Positions 56,821 to 64,000 of a stretch of 64,000 nt of DNA are shown here, in pieces. The DNA is from Takakia lepidozioides (taxonomy: Eukaryota > Plantae > Bryophyta). A model generated the notes under the pieces. The model made no database searches and was not told the DNA's origin. It was given only the letters and a program-made list of their open reading frames with translations. A program made the position numbers and the translations under genes. The stretch covers positions 39,556,001 to 39,620,000 of the forward strand of contig CM060732.1 of the NCBI GenBank assembly GCA_030704615.1. Reading direction: 5' to 3'. How positions within the stretch are numbered: position 1 is the stretch's first letter; the number at the start of each line of letters is the position of its first letter.

Positions 56821-59722
56821 ATGGACGAGGGAGGGTTATGGCAGGCATGCGAGCCACATGCATCTCCGCAACACAGTATTTTCAGTATGCCTCATGCTCA
56901 CTCACACATTGTGCCGCAATCACCTTTTCTTCCATGCTCCTGGGGATCCGACGCCTGGCTGGCGACCAGGGCGGATGATATACACGATATGTTGTCGCCG
57001 TGGGGCCAGAGCACTGGGCCAGCAGCGGAACTCTACCCTGGATCTTCTGACCTGCAGGAGATGCTCCCTGTGGAGCAAATGATAGGACAGTACTTCTCTG
57101 CGCCCCCTCTTACAAACGGGGGAGCTTCCCAATGTCAAGAGTTCAACCTTCAATCAGCTCCAAAGATGGAGAGTTATGGAGGTGCCGCTTACGAGAAGCT
57201 GTTGTTGCAGCCGGGTAGCGGTAGTCAGTTCCGTGGGCAGCCTGTGGTCTCTGGGACCTTGGGGATGTTTGGTCTCGAAGCACAAATTGGGCACAATGTG
57301 CCAGCAGGGTTAATTCCCAGTGGCGGCTCTAGCGGTCCGAACACTGGGCTCATGCAAATGCAGAAGCAGCAAGCCCAAATCGCACCACACGCCCACACAG
57401 TTGCCGAGATTGCATCAACCGGCCCTAGCTCCAGTATGTCGGCCACTCAAACTCTTGTTTTTAACACTTGCAACAAGAGTTCACTGTCTCCTCCAGAGGG
57501 AATCCAGCGGCAGCAAGGGCCTACGCTCCAGTCTGTGACAGGACCATCCACTCCACACAAGGTGGACAGTGTGAAGGATCAATCTGTGTCTGGATTCAAC
57601 CCTGGGCCATACGTCTACAGCGGTGTTGAGAGGCAGGAAAACCTTGGAGGGCGTGGGATGTGGTTCCAGCCCAAGAGCAGCAGTCCAGTAGGACTCGATG
57701 GACCACAAGCTATCAGATTTCAAACAACTGAGTCTGCTGGTAAGTGGCCCGTGAATGTCGTTGCTCCATCTCTCGACCAACTTGGCCGAACAGGAGGTTT
57801 GGCAAAGGAGGAAGGTGGTGGGATGGTTTCATCAGAATCAGGAAGGCCAAAGTGTGTCTTGCCTAGGAGCACACCACCCAACATCATCGGTGCTGGACAA
57901 AAGCGCCCAATCTGGGTAAAACTTTGCTAACTTCTTCTACATCTTGTGTTAAGCAGGGCATTCACTTAGGGAAATCTTTCTACGGCCATGTTCAAGTTTC
58001 AGACGCTTATCTTAGCGCAGATCTTTAATGAGATGGTGTTCATGTGGGGGGGCGGAGGGGGTATTGCAGCCTGCAGAGACTGGCAGCCAATGTGCAGTGC
58101 CACCTAAGAAAGCAGTGCCCAAGTATGTAGATGGTTGCAGCAGACTCGAAGCCATGAGTGCCGCAGCACACAGGACAGTGGCGGCAAACACGTCAGGGGG
58201 TCGTGCCTTGGGGACTAACACAGCGAGTGGTCGGGCCTTGGGCCCCGCCCTCAACACAAATCTGAAGCCACGAGCACGGCAAGGCAGTGCTAATGATCCA
58301 CAAAGCATTGCTGCTCGAGTATGCTCACTTTCTCTGCTCTTCTTTGCTCTACCACCACTGAGATATGTGCCTGATGTGTGCAGGTTTTCGGTAGCCCATG
58401 CCGCCGGATTAGTTACCTGAAATCAAGTAACCAACACCAACCATCAGGGGTGTCCGAGCTAAACTGACAATCTGGCAGCAATATTGATTAGCAGCGTCAT
58501 GCATCACAGGGTTTTGCGAGAGCTCAAGCTAAAAATTGATAGTTTTAGCATGCGTGCTAACTTCACCATGCAGTGACAGGGCCTTTGTGGAAATAACTAC
58601 AAGCTTGTATTCATCTCAGCCGTCCCAAGGTTTGTGGATAGCTTGCTTAACCTCAATGCATTCATGTGGTGCAGGTCCGGAGGGAAAGGATCAGTGATCG
58701 TCTGAAGACCTTGCAGGCTCTCATACCCAATGGGGACAAGGTTGGCTGCTCTCCGTTGGTAGTCAAAGTTTTACTTCATATGGAAGTACAGGTAGAACAT
58801 GTATTGCACACAATGTGGGAGACAGCCACTGTGATAGCTTATATTGTTGGCAGAGGAGAATGTCTTGTTCTTGTTTGGCTATCGGGATCTGTACCACTCA
58901 TTGTGGGCTGAGAATTTTAGAATGACATCTTTCAGTTGATTGTACCAAACCTGGGGCTCTTATGCTAAATGTCTTGCAATGGGTTTGGACAGGTGGATAT
59001 GGTCACAATGCTCGAGAAGGCCATCAACTATGTTCAGTGTCTCGAATTACAGATTCGGGTAGGCCATCAAGTGCTTGAAACTTTTTCTGGTGCATGGTGG
59101 CTGTTGCACATGCACTCTTAAAGATCTCTCATCAGAAACCTATAGAAGATGTTGAAATAGAGAGAGTCCAAGCAGTTCAATTATGTAAGGTGCAATCTCT
59201 ATCTGGAAGCTGTAACCAGGTGTCCTGCCTGTACGGAAACCAGGCTTTACCTCTCATATCTGTTCATTGCTTGATTCCTGGAAAGAATTGTTATTGTCAT
59301 AGCTTTATCAAGGTTTTGCAACAATAGTTGGAGAAATAGTCATGGATTTTTTTGCTGAAGAGAGGTCAAATTCTGCACTGTGGTCTGCTTGCCGATATAG
59401 CCTTGTTGCAGACATCCTTGTTCATTCTAACATTTGAAGAGAGACTCGGACAGGGAGAGAGCATGTGTATCATTCATGTCTGTTGCCTCATGATGTCCAA
59501 ACAGGAACTGATGATGGTATCTCTATGCAGATGCTGAAAGACGATTCTATGTGGCCAAAGGCACTGGGGGCACTCCCGAACACCTTACAGGAGTTACTGG
59601 AGCTCGCTGGACCAGAGTTTTCTCCCGTCCCTACCGAGGAGCGTGGTAAACCAAAGAGTAGCATTGATGTCATGGAGGAGGACCCAACAAATCCTCCTCC
59701 TTCAACTGATATTATAGAATAG
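56821..59722 (+). CDS. RSL1: Class I RSL (ROOT HAIR DEFECTIVE SIX-LIKE) bHLH transcription factor; exons 56821-57915, 58070-58318, 58675-58740, 58993-59058, 59531-59722
   Basis: GPALNTNLKPRARQGSANDPQSIAAR|VRRERISDRLKTLQALIPNGDK|VDMVTMLEKAINYVQCLELQIR|MLKDDSMWPKALGALPNTLQELLELAGPEF, the bHLH plus RSL motif typical of moss class I RSL. Confidence 0.92.
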
Positions 59723-62627
59723 GGCCTGTGGGGGAAGCAAGGTCTATGTAACATGACCAAAATGAAAGTGGCACTTTAGGTAGAAATAACAACAACTGCA
59801 GCATTTGGGAGGGTTTACTGTGAACAGGGGCAAAATAAGGGTGTACCTTGTTCACACTAAACCCAGACCTAAAAGCACCAAGACAGACATTGGATTTTGC
59901 CTTTTCAGACAAGCTTTTGTGCACTGGGTGTATATTCCTTGCTGATTTTTGTACCATGGATTGCCAAGGGGGCATTGGCAACGTACATGGATGGCAGCCA
60001 TCCTCACGCCTTGCTGGCTCATGTAGTCTCCACATCAAGCCCATTTGGCCAGGGCTTTGTTTACACCACTCACTCAAGTTGGAGTGGTTAACATGTACAT
60101 ACTTGAGCGGGACCCTCTCTTGTGAGACTCTCTTGTGAGACATAGCTGCTTACCTTTGTCATTCACTCCCAGCTCTACGGTGATGCCTTGCAGCCACTGC
60201 ACTTTGGTTAGACTAACACAGCACAGCAAACATTGTGCTTCTCTCACTGCCAAGCTCACTGCACTGGTTGCCTATCTCCTTCCTTCTGGTCATCTTACAT
60301 GCTGAGGTCACTGAAACTGCAAGGCCTTCTGCCTGTGCGTATGTTCATGGAGGTTGAGTGTCTGTGAGCATGCCCCCACAAAGGAGAAAGACAGCTTCTT
60401 CTCCATCACAGTGTGTTCCTGTCAAAACTACAAAGAACAACACTTGCATGGGCACAACAAAGCAAGTTCTGATGAGTGCCTAATAAAGGTACTACTTACA
60501 TTTTTCAGTTGTATTATTCTACATAATTTAATAAAAATAATCATTATTGTATGTGACTGTAGTAGCCCTCTGTGTTGGCTTTAATTTCTTTCTTTCTTTC
60601 TTTCTTTATTTAAAGGGATAGTTTAATGCTATATCTATGTCAAGATTTTGAAAGCATTGATGTACACGTGGAAGATAATGATGGTTATCATTATTGTCTT
60701 CAATCTACATATGATATAATAATGGCTCTCTTTTTAGATTATCAGATTTCAAATGAATGATTTCTAGTTATTACTTTCTTTTATTGGCCCTGCCCCGGGC
60801 AGGACTATACCAAAGGGTTCTCGTAGCAGGAAACTTGTCAGATATGAGTGAATTAAATGTTTCGATGAATGAATGAAATATTAAGTACTGGATGAATGGT
60901 TGGTGCATGATTGATTGAAAGAGTATGATGTCCCTGCATCTAACTACTTATTTAGTCATTCCTATCACATATAATTGATACTTGAGGGTGCCAATCCCAA
61001 AAGGGGGCAGTAGCCGAAGGGCAAAGTGGCTCTTAGTTACGTCCGCTCGAAAGGCGAAGTGGGTCTTAGTTACTCCGGCTCTGACGTTGTCGTCTCTCAT
61101 ACTTGACGGCTTTGACAAACGAAACCTATTAAGTTATAGAGTACCAATAAACATGGACACCAAGTGTAGAATAGCTAAACTCTAACTTTCAGGTGTCTTT
61201 TATAACTGTCCCAAACGACTGGATAGTGGGATACAAAAAGTGCTTGTATGTACTATGTACTGATTTTTAAAACAGTGATGTTCGAATTGCACTTAGGCAA
61301 CTAATGTTGTTAAAATGCGAGTACATAATGTTGAATATATGGGTATGAAAAGCATAGTAGTACATCTTCTTGTCCATCCCTCTCCCCTGCAACTGCGAGA
61401 GCTTGATTCAGGGGGATAAGTTCAAACTGCTTGAATCCCAACTAATGTACATGAACAACACACATGGTGGTTCTTGCACAGAGGCAAGCGACCTTCAGAT
61501 CATTGCACCTGAAGATTTTCAATGCCCACCTTCGAGCAGCGACTACACACACTACCATAGTATTTGCAGGTCTTTGACTCCATTGCCATCTTCACATTCG
61601 GGGTAGCAATCATCGGTGGGGCCCAAACAAAACTCATTTGCCCTGACTTATGGCAGCAGCATCCATATCCATGACAGAGATTGTTTTGCATTGGCCGTGA
61701 TCTCTTCAATGTTGTGTACCTATGTAACAAACAAACATGAAAAAAGGAAGAACAGCCCTTCAAAGCAAATCATAAAGAAAACAGCAACAAAAAGCAGACA
61801 ACCAAAGACACAAACAACAACTCCAGCCTTGTATCTTAGGAAGCCAATCAAAGAATATGAGACAGTCGACCCAATTCTTGCATAGCAGTGACTCCCCACT
61901 GACTTCAATGGGTGCAGATGTAGTGATTTTTTCATGGTTCTAGAAGGGTGCAAGATTGGGAACGAAGGTGAAACATATTGGACAACCCACCCGACGCAGA
62001 AAAGGGAGGGGGATGGGAAGAGAAGGAAAATCACAAGTGAGATCAACTTGTTATTGAATCACCAAAGACATCCTAAAATGGATGCTCATGGCTTCTTGCA
62101 TCATTGGCTAATCAACTCAGTGAATGCAACACCACCTTCATTTTTATGGTGGAAGAAGATAGCTGTCACAAATATGACCAATAACTATACTAGATCATCA
62201 CATTTTCCCCTCTCCAGACTTTCCATTCTGACACTGACACATAATGCCCTGCTGCTCAGCTTGTGGAAAATTCCAGCTCAATGCACTCACCTTGTCATCC
62301 AAAACTTCTCCATCGGGATATCATTCAAAGCCTCGCCTACCCTAACCCCACTTCAGTGAGAGAGGGTACGTGCCTGCCGTAAATGAATGACCATGGTGGA
62401 ATGACACATCACTCCATCCATGGACCTTGCTCAAGCACACCAGCATACAGATTGGGCTCACCAAGCTAGAACCGAGCACTTAGTCTGAGGTAGCACTGGC
62501 ACTCCTCTAATTCACTCGAGCCTAGTCTGGTCACCAACACGACTATTTCATAGTACAAGCGGTGCACCCAATCAGGAACAGCCGTGAAACCCAGTGACGG
62601 CTTACGGGGCCTGCTGAAAGACCTCTC

Positions 62628-63865
62628 TCAGAACCGAAAATCAGGTTCCACATCCATAGCCCACGCAAACTTTGCAAGTAGAGACTTGTTAAATATCTGC
62701 ACAAATGAATGGAGACACCTGTTATTTCAACCGTCTAGCAGAAACTCCACTTTTCAACTGCATGAAACTGGAGACCTCAAGGTCAGAGAAGAGGGCATCA
62801 TTTGCAGACGACTCGAGAAGAACTAAAGCCCAAAGGTTCAAAGAGAACACTCGTTGAGAAAAAGCAGACTATTTAGCTTGAATGATCGAGTTCTTTTAAT
62901 CTTGTTTCTCTTATTCAGAGAAGCAAAGCAGCAAAGCCCCCATTTTCACTGACCCCATTGCAACACCCAGGAGATATCCAACCATGAGCCCTTTTCAAAC
63001 AGAGGCACACTACAGAGAAAGAAGGACCACACACCTTTTCAATAGGCACCTCATGCTGTTTGCACCAGGCAACAGTGATTCGGGGATCCATGTAATTGAT
63101 TTTCGAAGTGCCCAGTGCCACTGTCTTGAGATCATCCTTGATACTCATGTCCAACCTCATCTTCTCTGCCCTTTGCCTCGCAGAAACTAGCCTCTTCTCC
63201 AGACTGCGAATCCCATCCATGCCCCACTGTTCTCAGCCCTCCATTGCCCCACCTCCCAGCAAATATCCATCTAGAACTCCAAATCTAAAAGGTTAAACAA
63301 AACAAAGAGACCACATTAAGGCAAAATAGAAGCTCTCAAGAAGACTCTCACAAACACATTAGCCATTTCTTGAACAGCAGTTACTAGCTGTTAAGAATTG
63401 CCATTAAAACATCACAAACAAAAATACAGAAAGAGCACAGGAGATTTATGCACAACAAGCAAAACAATAAAGAACCCAATGAATGAAAAGAAGAGAAGAA
63501 AGAATGAAAGAAGCATTAAAAAGAGACATAAAGAGGGAAAAACCTCCATAACTGCAACACACACTGATCTGATTGCAACATGCACATACTGCACACCACA
63601 TGGCAGACAACTTGACTTGGCACACCTACTTGGGCAAGTAACTGCAAAAAGGCTGGACATAATTCCAACTCCAGTCATCGGTGGAAAAAGGTGAAAGATG
63701 GGTGAGTAACTAATGAAACAAAATGACAACACCCTTGGCACTCGAAGATAGAAGTTCTTACGTTTCAGGGGCAAAAGTCTTCTTCACCTTCCCTTCCGAA
63801 TCCTTCAAAGGAGGTTTGCCTTTCTTTGCTCTCTCCAGATCTGTCTCCAGCTCCTCCACGAGTGC
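62628..63865 (-). CDS. TOP1: DNA topoisomerase IB, last three exons (63762-63865, 63035-63203, 62628-62696); gene continues beyond the window
   Basis: [17 protein letters not shown]..; [35 protein letters not shown] (catalytic Tyr); [22 protein letters not shown]. Confidence 0.95.
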
Positions 63866-64000
63866 CTGAAGGTAGTTCAAGTTAACCTCGACATCTCAAT
63901 ACCACCAGTAAGGCCCATTCGTAAAGGACAACTCAGAGATCTTCCTGCTTTGCAAGAACTTGAAATGCTCGATAAACCTTGAAGATGCTTGAAGGTGGGA

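Noticed and set aside
60786-60810. Helitron 3' hairpin (cctgccccgggcagg)
   Set aside because: No CTRR terminus at the expected distance and no 5' TC end identified.

Overview
Eukaryotic nuclear DNA from a land plant with flagellated sperm, most likely a bryophyte. This is inferred from an IFT144/WDR19 gene, a PLS-class PPR gene and a class I RSL bHLH whose C-terminus looks moss-like. The first ~20 kb is a nest of decayed transposons. It holds a fragment of an N6/N4-type amino-methyltransferase at the left edge, a Helitron2/Helentron-type Rep fragment, a retrotransposon-type C5 cytosine methyltransferase fragment, and a hairpin-rich TIR element carrying a LINE endonuclease piece. It also holds a CACTA element whose TnpA-like gene has an FCP1/NIF-type HAD phosphatase domain between its two TnpA domains and whose TnpD start is divergently oriented, two satellite arrays, a Mutator-like MITE, a Replitron HUH transposase remnant and a duplicated piece of WDR19. 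The rest is gene space: PPR-PLS/E (-), mitochondrial-type RPS17 (+), WDR19/IFT144 (-, apparently lacking its first WD40 propeller, with LINE and solo-LTR insertions in its introns), F-box/kelch (-), AP-3 mu subunit (+), RSL class I bHLH (+) and the 3' end of TOP1 (-). The best candidate for an undescribed system is the CACTA TnpA-phosphatase fusion, followed by the methyltransferase-carrying transposon fragments. All family calls come from motif recognition and manual translation, not database searches.
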